Shown: piece after piece, positions 31,610 to 41,392 of the stretch
Layout of the letters: the number at the start of each line of letters is the position of its first letter
How positions within the stretch are numbered: position 1 is the stretch's first letter
Assembly: GCA_963717525.1 (NCBI GenBank)
Contig: OY970343.1
Span: forward strand, 992,001-1,056,000
Reading direction: 5' to 3'
Length of the DNA stretch: 64,000 nucleotides
Source: an uncultured Methanoregulaceae archaeon
GTDB taxonomy: Archaea > Halobacteriota > Methanomicrobia > Methanomicrobiales > Methanospirillaceae
Notes under the pieces: model-generated
Seen by the model: the letters and a program-made list of their open reading frames with translations, nothing else
Told to the model about the DNA's origin: nothing
Database searches by the model: none
Program-made: the position numbers and the translations under genes

Positions 31610-31858
31610 CTACATCCTGACGCAGTAGTAGCCGCCACGGAGATGGTGCTTTGTGAAGAGCGGGCAGGCCGGGCAGAAGCAGCCGATCTCTTTCATGTTC
31701 TGGGCACTGGACGGGCCGCAGCCGCAGAAGAGCTCGGTCGGCTGGTATTTTTCGAGCGTATGGCGCTTGTAGTTCTGGCAGATGTTACAGTATTTCCTGC
31801 AGGTCTGCCGGTTCTCTTCCGTATCTTCTACAACAGGTGGTTTGCCTGATTCAAACAT
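31610..31858 (-). CDS. DUF2769-like Cys-rich protein (paralogue of 29566)
   Basis: V.DTEENRQ.C.KYC..C..Y...LFC...CFCPAC; clearly homologous to 29566..29808. Confidence 0.75.
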   Translation of the reverse strand: MFESGKPPVVEDTEENRQTCRKYCNICQNYKRHTLEKYQPTELFCGCGPSSAQNMKEIGCFCPACPLFTKHHLRGGYYCVRM

Positions 31859-31913
31859 GCACAACAAGGTTTGTGATAATAATTAATAGATCTTATTGAG
31901 GAAGTGTGGTTGT

Positions 31914-32315
31914 ATGCGGGTGTCCGAATTTCCCGGGCTCACCCGGGCACAGGAGAGAAAGGTCAAGCTCGCCGTTGAGGGGACCTGCGAACTCTGCAGA
32001 GAATACTTTGCCCTCCCGTTGCTTGAGATCCACCGGATCTCCCGGCGCGTGTACCGGGAGATGGGGCGGGATCCTTCGAAACGTATCCTCGTGGTCTGCG
32101 GTCCCTGCCACGAGCATATCCACCGGCTGCCCGTGCGGGTAAAGGACCAGCGTGCGATGGTTGCCCATCGTCGTTATTTTGTCCGGCAGGATATCCGTAA
32201 AGCTCTCGGTTACATGCCAAAACCGTATTCACCCCCAAAGACCACGGCTCTTTCCGAGATGTACGAGGAGTATTTCTACCACTTCCCACCCGGTTCGTTC
32301 CGGCTGGGCGGGTGA
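31914..32315 (+). CDS. Hypothetical protein with HNH-like Zn-binding pattern
   Basis: CELC...EIHRI...LVVCGPCHEHIH. Confidence 0.6.
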   Translation: MRVSEFPGLTRAQERKVKLAVEGTCELCREYFALPLLEIHRISRRVYREMGRDPSKRILVVCGPCHEHIHRLPVRVKDQRAMVAHRRYFVRQDIRKALGYMPKPYSPPKTTALSEMYEEYFYHFPPGSFRLGG

Positions 32316-32436
32316 AGCGGCAGGATCCTCATCGCGGGTGCGGGCAGACCCCGCTCCCCGCCTCTTCATCAGGAAAAAGCTGGTGAGATCTGATTATCCG
32401 TAAGGGAACGCGAAAACCTCCCCGGAATAAGGAACA

Positions 32437-32997
32437 TTATTCCCGGCAGAGAGCACAGAACTGTTCCACCACGAGATCGTTCCTGACCTCGGGATGGAAC
32501 ATGACCCCGTAGAGCGGCCGGTCCGGGTGGCGGACGGCCTGCACGCACCGGTCCGAGACTGCCGTCACCTCCCAGCCGGGCGGCGGGTCGCAGGCAAAAG
32601 AGTGCAGTTCATAGGCCTCGAAGGCTGGCCCGTCAGGAAGGAGCGGGTCCGGTTGCGTGACCCGGACCGTGGTCATGCCGATCTCGCATGCCGGCCGGAG
32701 GGTGCCCCCGTGTACGAGGCAGAGGGCCTGCATCCCGGCGCAGATCCCAAGGACCGGGACGCGTACCTCCCGGAGCCACAAAAACTCCTGCACCTTTTCG
32801 GAAAAGAGGTTGTCCTTTAACGCCGTCCCGCAGAGGATAATCCCGTCCGCACCCTCGAGATCAACTCCCGTTATCCCGGAAAAGTGCGCTTCGCCCCATG
32901 CCTGCCCGGCACCGGAAACGATCCGTGCCACAGGGCCCACGAACTCGTCCCGGGAGAGTGAGCCCGGCTTCCATGAGAGGTCCACGAGAAGGATCAT
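32437..32997 (-). CDS. Class I glutamine amidotransferase (stand-alone glutaminase subunit)
   Basis: PVLGICAGMQ, YGVMFHPEV. Confidence 0.88.
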   Translation of the reverse strand: MILLVDLSWKPGSLSRDEFVGPVARIVSGAGQAWGEAHFSGITGVDLEGADGIILCGTALKDNLFSEKVQEFLWLREVRVPVLGICAGMQALCLVHGGTLRPACEIGMTTVRVTQPDPLLPDGPAFEAYELHSFACDPPPGWEVTAVSDRCVQAVRHPDRPLYGVMFHPEVRNDLVVEQFCALCRE

Positions 32998-33674
32998 TTT
33001 TCCTCCAGCACCGCACGTCTGACCCGCAGGAATCCCCGGAAATTCGCATACTCTTTTTCCGATTCCTGGATCACGATCTTTTTTGTAAAGACGGGCGCGT
33101 CCAGGACGAGCGTCTCGTACTCCCCGCCTTCACCGGTGAGGGTGATCCGGTGCGATCGCACGTACTGCTGCAGGCCGGAAAGTGCCTCCCGGTCGATCTC
33201 CCTTCCCAGCCAGTCACGAGAGAATGGAGCGGCAAAGACGCCAGTGATAATAGCCCTGAACCCGGAGGTTATCAGCTCTTTCATGTAGATCTCAGGGTCA
33301 GTGTACCAGAGCGGGTTGAAACACCAGAGATCGAGGTCCCGGCAGATGCGCTGGACCCGGGTGGCCTGGTACACGGAAAGGAGGGCACCGGTCACCACGC
33401 CTTCAATGCCATACTGTTCCACGGCATGGCTGATGGCACGCGAAAGATCACCAAGCTCGGCCTCCTCGATCCCCTCGGTCTCCACCGTGACAAGCGGGAG
33501 CCCCGCAGCCTCTGCCTGTAGCGGCACGAGCTGGGTAGTGGGGGTGTGGAACATGTAGCTCTCTTCGTTCCGGGACCGGACAGAGATGAGGCAGGCGACC
33601 TCCTCTTTCTGCATGGCGAGATAGCAGGCAAACCATGAGTCCTTGCCCCCGGAACAGAGAACGCCGAGTTTCAT
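32994..33674 (-). CDS. Diphthine-ammonia ligase / PP-loop ATP pyrophosphatase (Dph6 family)
   Basis: SGGKDS, SYMFH, GA..SVYQ..R, PLW, GEGGEYETLV. Confidence 0.88.
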   Translation of the reverse strand: MKLGVLCSGGKDSWFACYLAMQKEEVACLISVRSRNEESYMFHTPTTQLVPLQAEAAGLPLVTVETEGIEEAELGDLSRAISHAVEQYGIEGVVTGALLSVYQATRVQRICRDLDLWCFNPLWYTDPEIYMKELITSGFRAIITGVFAAPFSRDWLGREIDREALSGLQQYVRSHRITLTGEGGEYETLVLDAPVFTKKIVIQESEKEYANFRGFLRVRRAVLEEK

Positions 33675-33729
33675 TCCAGATGTACTCGTCTTTGCGGCCT
33701 CTTGAATCTCTCCCTTTCAAAAAATTTTG

Positions 33730-33903
33730 GGGTCGCGGATCATACCGGGCAGTACACATCATCAGGAGGTTGCAGTCCATCCCGGTAAAAATCCGGCTCA
33801 GAACCGCCTTTCGCGGTCGGCCATGAGTCGACACCACCGGCCCGGCTTAGAGTAAGACCTCTTAGGCGGTTGCGGGGGGCACCGTAAACCCAAGGGCCTG
33901 AGG
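33730..33903 (-). ncRNA. Candidate structured RNA (three tandem hairpins)
   Basis: Minus strand: GGCCC..GGGCC; CCGG..CTCA..ACCGC-GAAAG-GCGGT..TGAG.CCGG; TACCGGG..CTGATGA..CCCGGTA; followed by a T-tract. Confidence 0.4.
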
Positions 33904-33916
33904 GATGTGTTCATCG

Positions 33917-34423
33917 TTACAAGAAGACCGCGGCAAAAAGCCCGCTAAAACCCCACTGGACAATAAGACATACGGACAGGATCATACTTGCGACGACGAG
34001 TGCCATTGCGGTATTGCCGTATTTGATCTCCCGGAGTACATCAACAGAGGAGCTCACCTGGGCAATGATATACATGGCAAGGTAGATCGAACCGACCGCG
34101 AGAAGAATACTCAGGCCCAGCCCGACAACGATGAATATCACGTGAAGGGCACTTCCTGCGGTGAACATTCCCTCGAAGGCAATACTGTTCAGGCCTGCGA
34201 GGATCGCCTGGATGCCGGCGTACGCAGGAAGAGAGATGCCGATAAAAATGGAAGCGATGAGAAGGCCAACGGCGACATTCCCTTTTTTGATCTCACCCGG
34301 GGCATCAAAACCACCGGTAAGATGGTTGAAGGTTAATAATCCTGCATAGAGTGCAATGACAGAAAAAATAATGGCAATGATCAGCTGGATCAATCCTGTA
34401 ACCAATTCAGCGACCAGGGACAT
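33917..34423 (-). CDS. DUF350-like membrane protein
   Basis: Two repeats of EIK.GN.A..L; 4 TM. Confidence 0.75.
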   Translation of the reverse strand: MSLVAELVTGLIQLIIAIIFSVIALYAGLLTFNHLTGGFDAPGEIKKGNVAVGLLIASIFIGISLPAYAGIQAILAGLNSIAFEGMFTAGSALHVIFIVVGLGLSILLAVGSIYLAMYIIAQVSSSVDVLREIKYGNTAMALVVASMILSVCLIVQWGFSGLFAAVFL

Positions 34424-34524
34424 AGTGAGAGATCTCCTTATTTTTATTGCCGTGCAGTGCTATTGTATTTGCGGTTGACAGGATCGTGCAAATGGGATGA
34501 CACCCTACCCGCCATGAAGAACCT

Positions 34525-35193
34525 TCACTCCTTCTTCTCTGCAGTCATCAGGAAAACGGTAAACGTCCGCATCTCCCCGGACGGCCCGGGCTTTTGTATA
34601 ATCGCGGCAGTCCGGTTCCGTACCGAAGAAAAACCGGCGGCCTCGAATGACTTCATCATCACACACCGGTCAAACCCGGGATGGAACACGCCCTCGTCTG
34701 AGTCGTGGAATTTTCCCTCATCGGAATCGAGATCGGCGACGGCGATCCTTCCTGCGGGTTTGAGGACGCCGGCGATACGATCGAGGAGCATTCCCACATC
34801 CCGGATGTGGTGGAAGGTCATACTGCTGACCGCGAGGTCGAACGGTCCCGGAAGCTCGTCACCCCTGTCCAGGTCCACGAGCCGGGTCCGGACATTGGTG
34901 AGCGATCGTGCCCTGATCTTCGCGTCGAGGACATCGAGCATGCCCTGCGAGCTGTCAACCGCGGTGATCGTGCGGACATGGGGCTGGAGCGCAAGGGTCA
35001 GAAGGCCTGTCCCGCACCCGAAGTCCAGCACGTCCATATCAGGTCCCGGCTGTACCGTCCCAAGGATCGCCCGCGCCACGTCATGCGCCATCCTTACCCG
35101 GCCCGGGTTCTCGTCCCATGTTGCCGCATCTGCATTAAAATCGCGTTTTTGATGAGAGGGACTGGGGGTATGTTCAGTCAGGAGGAAAAACAT
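34525..35193 (-). CDS. Class I SAM-dependent methyltransferase (start uncertain)
   Basis: VLDFGCGTG, VDSS.GML, FDL.VSSMTFHH. Confidence 0.9.
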   Translation of the reverse strand: MFFLLTEHTPSPSHQKRDFNADAATWDENPGRVRMAHDVARAILGTVQPGPDMDVLDFGCGTGLLTLALQPHVRTITAVDSSQGMLDVLDAKIRARSLTNVRTRLVDLDRGDELPGPFDLAVSSMTFHHIRDVGMLLDRIAGVLKPAGRIAVADLDSDEGKFHDSDEGVFHPGFDRCVMMKSFEAAGFSSVRNRTAAIIQKPGPSGEMRTFTVFLMTAEKKE

Positions 35194-35334
35194 CTGAAAA
35201 ATATGTGGGATGTGTGCCCTGAAATAAGATTCTTTTATTCAGGGACTATGCAGGTATTGCGATATCCCGAATTCATTTCACTACGTGTTGGCCGGGTAAA
35301 ACCACATCTGGTGCATCAAAATTTTCGAATTACG

Positions 35335-35400
35335 AGGGTGACCCCCTCTCTCCCCCGGAGGTGGAGGCAGCCCAAGGGGAGCGCCCCATTGAACCCAGAT
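35335..35400. repeat. Short GC-rich intergenic repeat (family 2)
   Basis: GGCAGCCCAAGGGGAGCG at 35366 vs GGCAGCCCAAGGAGAGCG at 63799. Confidence 0.5.
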
Positions 35401-35764
35401 TAAAATTAAGTGTTCAAACGGCATTCCTGCCCGAGAAGAGGCTCCGACGAGGCGGCCGGGCGACCCATGGAGGGTGTGGGCTTGCTCATTTTATTGAAAA
35501 TTTTGTGAAATTATTTCGGGACAGGACAGGGACTATGCACCTTTGCATAAAATCCGCATACCTGTACAAAAAAGCATTAATGCCGATAACATGGATTCTT
35601 CATAAAAACAGTTTCCCGGAAGCGGTTTTGTCTGATTTCAGTACTTCCTCCTGTGACAAGGGAAAAAATCTGCAATGCATCGGTAAGATGTACCCCGGAT
35701 GTGCCGAAAATGCAAGGGACGGGATGTCAGTTTCATGATTGATGGTTAAGAAGGACGGGAACGT

Positions 35765-37243
35765 TTGATGTTTGAACGGTTTGACCTGACAAAAAAGACA
35801 CCTGACAAGGTGTTTTTGAAGGATATTGAGGAGATGCAAAAAGAGCTGGGAATGCTCCAGCGGGAGCTCCGGGATAAAAAGATCCCGGTGATCATCCTCG
35901 TGGAAGGCTGGCATGCCTCCGGCATCACGATGGTAATGAACGAACTTATCAAGTTGCTGGATCCCCGTGGTTTTTCCTTGTACTCGATCGGTTCTCCCAC
36001 CGATGATGAAAGGGCACGGCCATTATTATGGCGGTTCTGGGAACAGATCCCTCCACGCGGCCGCATCGCCCTCTTTGCCCGGAGCTGGTACAGCAGGTCA
36101 CTTGCCGAGATAATTTCCGGAATCGGGTGGAAACAGGGAGTAAAACGATCCCTGTCGCAGATCAACCAGTTTGAACGCCAGCTTGCCGACGATGGGACCA
36201 TTATCTTGAAATTTTTTCTGCATATCAGCAAGGAGGAACAGAAAAAACGCCTGGAAGAGCGTGAACAAAACCTTTTGACGTCGTGGATGATCAACAAAGG
36301 GGACTGGGATCTCCATAACCAGTATGAAAGCTATCTTCCTGTCATCGAAGAATATATTGAAGAAACAGACCATTCTTACGCCCCGTGGATGATTATCGAG
36401 GCCACCGACAGGAATTATACAATCCTGAAAGTCTTTTCAGCGGTGATAAAGATACTGGAAAAAAACTTGGCTGTATCAGATGAAAATGCCCGGGGAAAGA
36501 CCGTACATTACGAGATCACACGGCCGAAGAAAGGAGAGGTCAGGAGAAAATGCCTTCCCGCGGTCACCCTTGGCAGGCACGAATATGAACAAAAGTTACT
36601 CGCCTGCCAGGAGCAGGTCCGGGAAATCCAGTACCGGTTGTTTAAACGGAAAATCCCCCTGATTATTGTCTACGAAGGATGGGACGCAGCAGGGAAAGGG
36701 GGCAACATCATGCGCCTTGTCCGGCAGATGAACCCGCGGGGGTACGATGTCATTCCCATATCCAAACCAAACGACACAGAAAACGTGTACAACTATCTCT
36801 GGAGGTTTGTCCACAAGTACCCGAAAGCGGGACATATCACCATCTTTGACCGGAGTTGGTACGGTCGTGTCCTTGTTGAGCGTGTCGAAGGGTTCTGTTC
36901 AGAGACCGAGTGGAAACGTGCATACATCGAGATCAATGAGATGGAAGAGACCTACGTGGAAAACGGGGGAGGAATTATAAAATTCTGGCTCGAGATCGAT
37001 AAAGATGAGCAGGGCCGGCGGTTCAGCCAGCGGCAGACAGACCAGCTCAAAAAATGGAAGATTACCGATGAGGACTGGAGGAACCGTGAAAAATGGGATC
37101 TCTATGAACTGGCAGTCGATGAAATGCTCGCCCGCACAAATACCCGGGCCGCTCCATGGACCGTCGTTGAATCAAACGATAAGTGGTATGCACGGCTGAA
37201 AACCCTGCAGACCGTCATCTCCTACGGTGAACAGATTTTGTGA
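35765..37243 (+). CDS. pap: Two-domain PPK2 polyphosphate:AMP phosphotransferase
   Basis: Duplicated PPK2 domains: EGWHASG / EGWDAAGKGG, LDPRG / MNPRG, FDRSWYGRVLVERVEG, WKITDEDWRNR. Confidence 0.92.
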   Translation: MMFERFDLTKKTPDKVFLKDIEEMQKELGMLQRELRDKKIPVIILVEGWHASGITMVMNELIKLLDPRGFSLYSIGSPTDDERARPLLWRFWEQIPPRGRIALFARSWYSRSLAEIISGIGWKQGVKRSLSQINQFERQLADDGTIILKFFLHISKEEQKKRLEEREQNLLTSWMINKGDWDLHNQYESYLPVIEEYIEETDHSYAPWMIIEATDRNYTILKVFSAVIKILEKNLAVSDENARGKTVHYEITRPKKGEVRRKCLPAVTLGRHEYEQKLLACQEQVREIQYRLFKRKIPLIIVYEGWDAAGKGGNIMRLVRQMNPRGYDVIPISKPNDTENVYNYLWRFVHKYPKAGHITIFDRSWYGRVLVERVEGFCSETEWKRAYIEINEMEETYVENGGGIIKFWLEIDKDEQGRRFSQRQTDQLKKWKITDEDWRNREKWDLYELAVDEMLARTNTRAAPWTVVESNDKWYARLKTLQTVISYGEQIL

Positions 37244-37323
37244 TCGTACCGTGTCAGGTACCGGACGGTATTAAAAACGGGGCGGTTCTTTACTCCCTCC
37301 CCCACAGTTCCCCGTTCATCCGG

Positions 37324-37833
37324 TTATTGAAGCATCTTGAGCGATTCCCGGACAAACGCCGGGATATCTGACGGTTTCCGGCTCGAAACGAGGTTCCCGT
37401 CAACGACGACTTCTTCATCCACGTATTCAGCGCCGGCATTTTTTATGTCCTGCACGAGCGATTTCCAGCCGGTTACGCGCCGGCCCTCCAGTACCTGGGC
37501 CGTGATAAGGAGCTGTGCCGCGTGGCAGATTGCAAATACCGGCTTTTTCTTCGTGAAGAAATCCCGGGTGAACCGGATCGCGTTGTCATCGATACGAAGT
37601 TTGTCGGGGGAGTACCCGCCCGGGATGAAGAGCGCGTCAAAATCATCTGTCGCAACATCACGAACCGGCTTGTCGATCTGGACGAGGGTCCCGTACTCCC
37701 CCTTCACGATCGATCCTGCGCTGACGATCCCCACGTTGACAAGCTCGTGACCCGCCTTCCGGAATGCATCCGCGGGCTGACTGTATTCCACATCCTGGAA
37801 CATGTCCGTAATGATCACTGCAATCCTTTTCAT
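37324..37833 (-). CDS. PfpI/DJ-1 family protein
   Basis: FDALFIPGGYSPD.LR, AICHA.Q.L, VVVDGNLVSSR.P.D. Confidence 0.9.
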   Translation of the reverse strand: MKRIAVIITDMFQDVEYSQPADAFRKAGHELVNVGIVSAGSIVKGEYGTLVQIDKPVRDVATDDFDALFIPGGYSPDKLRIDDNAIRFTRDFFTKKKPVFAICHAAQLLITAQVLEGRRVTGWKSLVQDIKNAGAEYVDEEVVVDGNLVSSRKPSDIPAFVRESLKMLQ

Positions 37834-38042
37834 TCTTTCACCTCACCCGCACCGGGCAGGTTTCCGGCCCGGATCACGTGAACAAATGCTCTTTTCTGTA
37901 GATAAAGACACGGATCGTGCTTACATTTTTTCGCGCCGCCATGCTTTTGCCAGGGTCAATGGGTTTTTTACCTTTTAGGATTAGTATCATCCACCGGATC
38001 CGGGCTTTGAGCGGATGCAAGGAGGCCGGGACAGGAGGAACC

Positions 38043-38447
38043 ATGGTTGAAAATCTGCGTATTGAACAGGATCTCATAGAAGACCTGCTGGTCCGCCTCT
38101 CCAAAGGCAAAAAAGGCAGGGAGGCAGCAATAGAAGCACTGGCAGTGAGCACTGAAGACGACACCTGGAGGCCGGACGAACTCATACAACAGGGCGGGAT
38201 AAAGATTGTCAGGGACCTGCTGATGGAAAAAAACCTGCATATTGTCCTTTCGGCCCTGAATATTATCATCGCCATTGCGGCATCCGGGCAGGAAGAAGCG
38301 CTTATCGGCGAAGGAGTGATTGCCTGTCTCGATACGATGCAGGAGAGTAAAAACCCCGCGATCCGGGAGAAGGTCCGGGAAGCGCTCGCGCTCCTCCAGC
38401 CCGAAGTGGATGAGGCCGTCACTTCAAAACCTGATGACGACTATTAA
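38043..38447 (+). CDS. HEAT/ARM-repeat hypothetical protein
   Basis: Amphipathic helical repeats; GGAGG RBS upstream. Confidence 0.65.
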   Translation: MVENLRIEQDLIEDLLVRLSKGKKGREAAIEALAVSTEDDTWRPDELIQQGGIKIVRDLLMEKNLHIVLSALNIIIAIAASGQEEALIGEGVIACLDTMQESKNPAIREKVREALALLQPEVDEAVTSKPDDDY

Positions 38448-38699
38448 CGCTCGTTCCGGCAGGGAACCGGCCCGGGATTCATCTCCGCGGTGAGGTATAC
38501 CGGCAGGAAGCCAAAAGGATAAAAAAATCATCCGGGCCTGAAGGGAAGGCCCGGCCAGATACTTTTTTTCCGGATATAAATGTCATCACCCTGTTTTTCA
38601 GATCCGGGCCCGGACCGGCATAACCCCGGGGTTATCCCTTCTACCGTCCCGGGTCACGGATGTAACCCCGCCTATTGTGCCAATTCATAGGGAAACCGG

Positions 38700-38909
38700 G
38701 TGAAGGATGGATCAAAGTGCAGGGATACCAACAGCATCCTGCACGAAAGGAGGGATGATCGTTTGAGAATTTTCAGATGCGAACGCTGTAAAAAACCCTG
38801 TATGCTGACCACACTTGACAATGAGGATATGAAATTCTGTCCTGTCGACAGCAAACCCGTGGAATGGAAACAGGTCAACAGGGACGAGAGGGCAGGATGT
38901 GCGACCTGA
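38700..38909 (+). CDS. Small Cys-rich hypothetical protein
   Basis: CERCKKPC...FCP zinc-ribbon-like. Confidence 0.45.
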   Translation: MKDGSKCRDTNSILHERRDDRLRIFRCERCKKPCMLTTLDNEDMKFCPVDSKPVEWKQVNRDERAGCAT

Positions 38910-38935
38910 ATACAAAAAGTGAGGGGATGATTTTC

Positions 38936-39397
38936 TTATTTCCCCGCCAGGGCCTTCAGATCATCGACCTCCAGGCCGTGATGGGGCTTCCGTCCCCGCT
39001 CCTTTGTCCCCCGCATCACCGCAGGCTGGATCGTCCCGGCCATGCGGAGGGTGAGGCAGGCGCAGCAGGGTTTGCACCGGTGCTGCCAGAGCGGCCGGCC
39101 CTGTTCAATCACTTTGTTTTTTACCGGGCAGACCTCCGCACAGGTGCCGCATGAGATACAGGCACCAGAGACCGAGAACGTTCTGTCGATCTCATGCACG
39201 CTCCTTGAGAACGGACCGGAGAACACCCTCCTTATCAGGGTGGATACGGGGACGGGCCAAGGCGGGACATCAGCCCCCTTTCCGGTAATGCCGGCAATCT
39301 CCGCAAGGCGTGCACCGGCGGCGGCAAGGATCCGGTCCCGGGCTTCACCCGCAGGAGGCCGGCTGACCGGCGGGGAATTTCCTGGCATCTTCACCAC
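38936..39397 (-). pseudogene. C-terminal remnant of an EFR1-type flavodoxin-ferredoxin
   Basis: CISCGTCAEVCPVKN...P.WQHRC..C.AC; second cluster lacks the final CP; N-terminal flavodoxin part absent. Confidence 0.6.
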
Positions 39398-39424
39398 AAA
39401 AGCGGCGCCGGGGCCCCGGCCCGA

Positions 39425-39736
39425 TCAGTGGCCGAGAGTGATCGATTGTGATCCAACGACCTCGTAGATGGTCAGTTCTGTCGGGGCAGCATGCCATGGC
39501 GAGGTCTTTGCAAAATACTCCTGCATATGAGGTTGCCCAAGATGTTTATCGAGATGGTCCTGGCTCTCCCATTCTTCGATAAAATGGAATACCCCGGCAT
39601 CACTGGCATCGGCTAACAGTTCGTACCGGGTGCACCCAGCCTCTTCCTGCACGATCGTTTTGATCTTCCGGGCTTCCCGGACGAAATATTCCTGCCTCCC
39701 GGGCAGGATCATACATCTGGCATCGACAAGTATCAC
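39425..39736 (-). CDS. ABM / putative quinol monooxygenase
   Basis: E.GC..YEL...F.FIEEWES..HL.KH...PH. Confidence 0.85.
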   Translation of the reverse strand: MILVDARCMILPGRQEYFVREARKIKTIVQEEAGCTRYELLADASDAGVFHFIEEWESQDHLDKHLGQPHMQEYFAKTSPWHAAPTELTIYEVVGSQSITLGH

Positions 39737-39964
39737 ACGAATCCCCCCACCTCGCCGGCCCGGCTTCATCTGCGGCGGTCCGGGGCTGACCGGTTCTCAC
39801 GAGATAGCCGGTGATAAGGTTATCCCTGAAGGATAATTATTCCTGCCTTTACCGGCCGGGGTCTGTCACTATCGCTGGTCCCCGCCGGGTCCGTAAAACA
39901 TGCGGACAACCGGAACTGGTACTGGTCGCAATGCTTATGTTCCTGAAAATCGAGAGCACCGCAT

Positions 39965-40642
39965 ATGGGTGAGATCATTGACAATCCCCGGTTGCGGGAA
40001 CGGCGTTTTGTCTTTTCTTCCCGCCACGATGCCGGGAGACAACTGGGAGCGTTTTTAAAAACGCTTCCTGCCCTCAATGACCCGTATGTCCTTGCCATCC
40101 CGGCGGGAGGTGTGCCCATCGGAAAGGAAGTCGCCCGGGCACTGTCTGCCCCCTTGTCGCTTGCGATAGTACGGAAGATCCGTATCCCCGGCACCACGGA
40201 GTCGGGGTTCGGGGCGGTCACCTGGGACGGACAGGTGCTGATCAATGAAGAGCTCCGTGCCGCCCTCGGTCTTGAGGCGCCAGCGGTCGATCGGGCTATC
40301 GCTGAAACGAGGGAAAATGTCAGCGAGCGTATGACACGGTTTACGGGGAATAGGACCTTCCCCGGACTTGTAGGAAAGACCGTAATCCTGACGGACGACG
40401 GGCTCGCATCAGGCTTCACGATGCTCGCCGCACTACAGAGCATCCGGCAAAAGAAACCAGCCCGGGTCATCGTCGCCGTCCCCACAGCCTCCCTGGACGC
40501 TGCAAAACGTGTCTCTGTCCACGCGGACCTCGTGGCCTGCCTGAATATCCGGAGCAGCCGGATGTTTGCCGTTGCCGATGCCTATGCAGAGTGGTATGAC
40601 CTTGACGACCACGAGGTGCTCAAAGAGCTGGAGGATGCTTGA
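39965..40642 (+). CDS. Phosphoribosyltransferase family protein
   Basis: F..R.DAG..L, LAIP.GGVP, VRKI..P, VILTDDGLASG.T. Confidence 0.9.
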   Translation: MGEIIDNPRLRERRFVFSSRHDAGRQLGAFLKTLPALNDPYVLAIPAGGVPIGKEVARALSAPLSLAIVRKIRIPGTTESGFGAVTWDGQVLINEELRAALGLEAPAVDRAIAETRENVSERMTRFTGNRTFPGLVGKTVILTDDGLASGFTMLAALQSIRQKKPARVIVAVPTASLDAAKRVSVHADLVACLNIRSSRMFAVADAYAEWYDLDDHEVLKELEDA

Positions 40643-40689
40643 TGAAGCCTGCACCCGGCATCCTTTTCCGGCAGGAAGGGGCCTGAAAA

Positions 40690-41233
40690 ATGGATGTCCG
40701 GTACGACCAGATCCCGGCAGAACTGACCGGCTTGACCGCTGGGTTACCTGGCGGTACGAGAAGCGGAATGACAAGCTGACCAAGCCGCCCTATGTCCCGG
40801 ACCAGAAAAAGAAGCGTTATGCACTCGTCAACGTTCCTTCCACGTGGGGGAGCTTCGACCAGGCAAAAGCCGCCATGCAGGCCGGGGGATTTGACGGGAT
40901 CGGTTTTGTGTTAGGAGAAGGGATTTTTGGGATCGATTTCGATCACGCGACCGGCGAGATGGTAAAAGAAGCCCTGTCGCTTGGTACCTATACGGAATGG
41001 AGCCCGTCCGGCCACGGGGTGCACGTGATCGGGCGTTCCGGCTCCGGCTCAGGGGCCGGAAGAAAGGCCCTGTTGAACTCTACATGGAGGGGAGGTACTT
41101 CACGGTCACCGGTGCGGTGGTGGCCGGGTCGCCGCCGGGTATCCGGGAAATTCCCGATCCGCTGCTGAAACAGTTTTTCCGGCAGCATTTTGAAGAGGAA
41201 CAAGAACCCGACCGTAAAAAGGATGCGGTCTGA
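40690..41233 (+). pseudogene. Phage/plasmid primase-polymerase (NrS-1-like AEP) N-terminal fragment, two frameshifts
   Basis: IPAEL / RWVTW...KLTKPPY...STWGSF..A...DGIGFVLG...GIDFDH...YTEWSPSG.GVH / VELY..GRYFTVTG. Confidence 0.75.
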
Positions 41234-41392
41234 ACCGATCCCGCTGTGCCCCGGAGGGTCCATGTGGGATATGAATCCCTGCACATTTTTTCGGATCCCA
41301 TCGCTCCGTGGCGTAACCGGTTCACGCCCGGTGTTATTAATTCTGAAACATGACGGAATTTTTATCCCTGTTCCATCGTATCTACAGAACTG

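Noticed and set aside
33755..33770. Hammerhead ribozyme (CUGAUGA on the minus strand)
   Set aside because: No stem II followed by GAAA at the required position.
33730..33903. SRP RNA, RNase P RNA or tRNA
   Set aside because: Lacks the SRP helix-8 motif, the RNase P GAGGAA core and tRNA cloverleaf/T-loop signatures.
38619..38636. Perfect palindrome ATAACCCCGGGGTTAT as a regulatory site
   Set aside because: Single occurrence with no supporting context; cannot be assigned.
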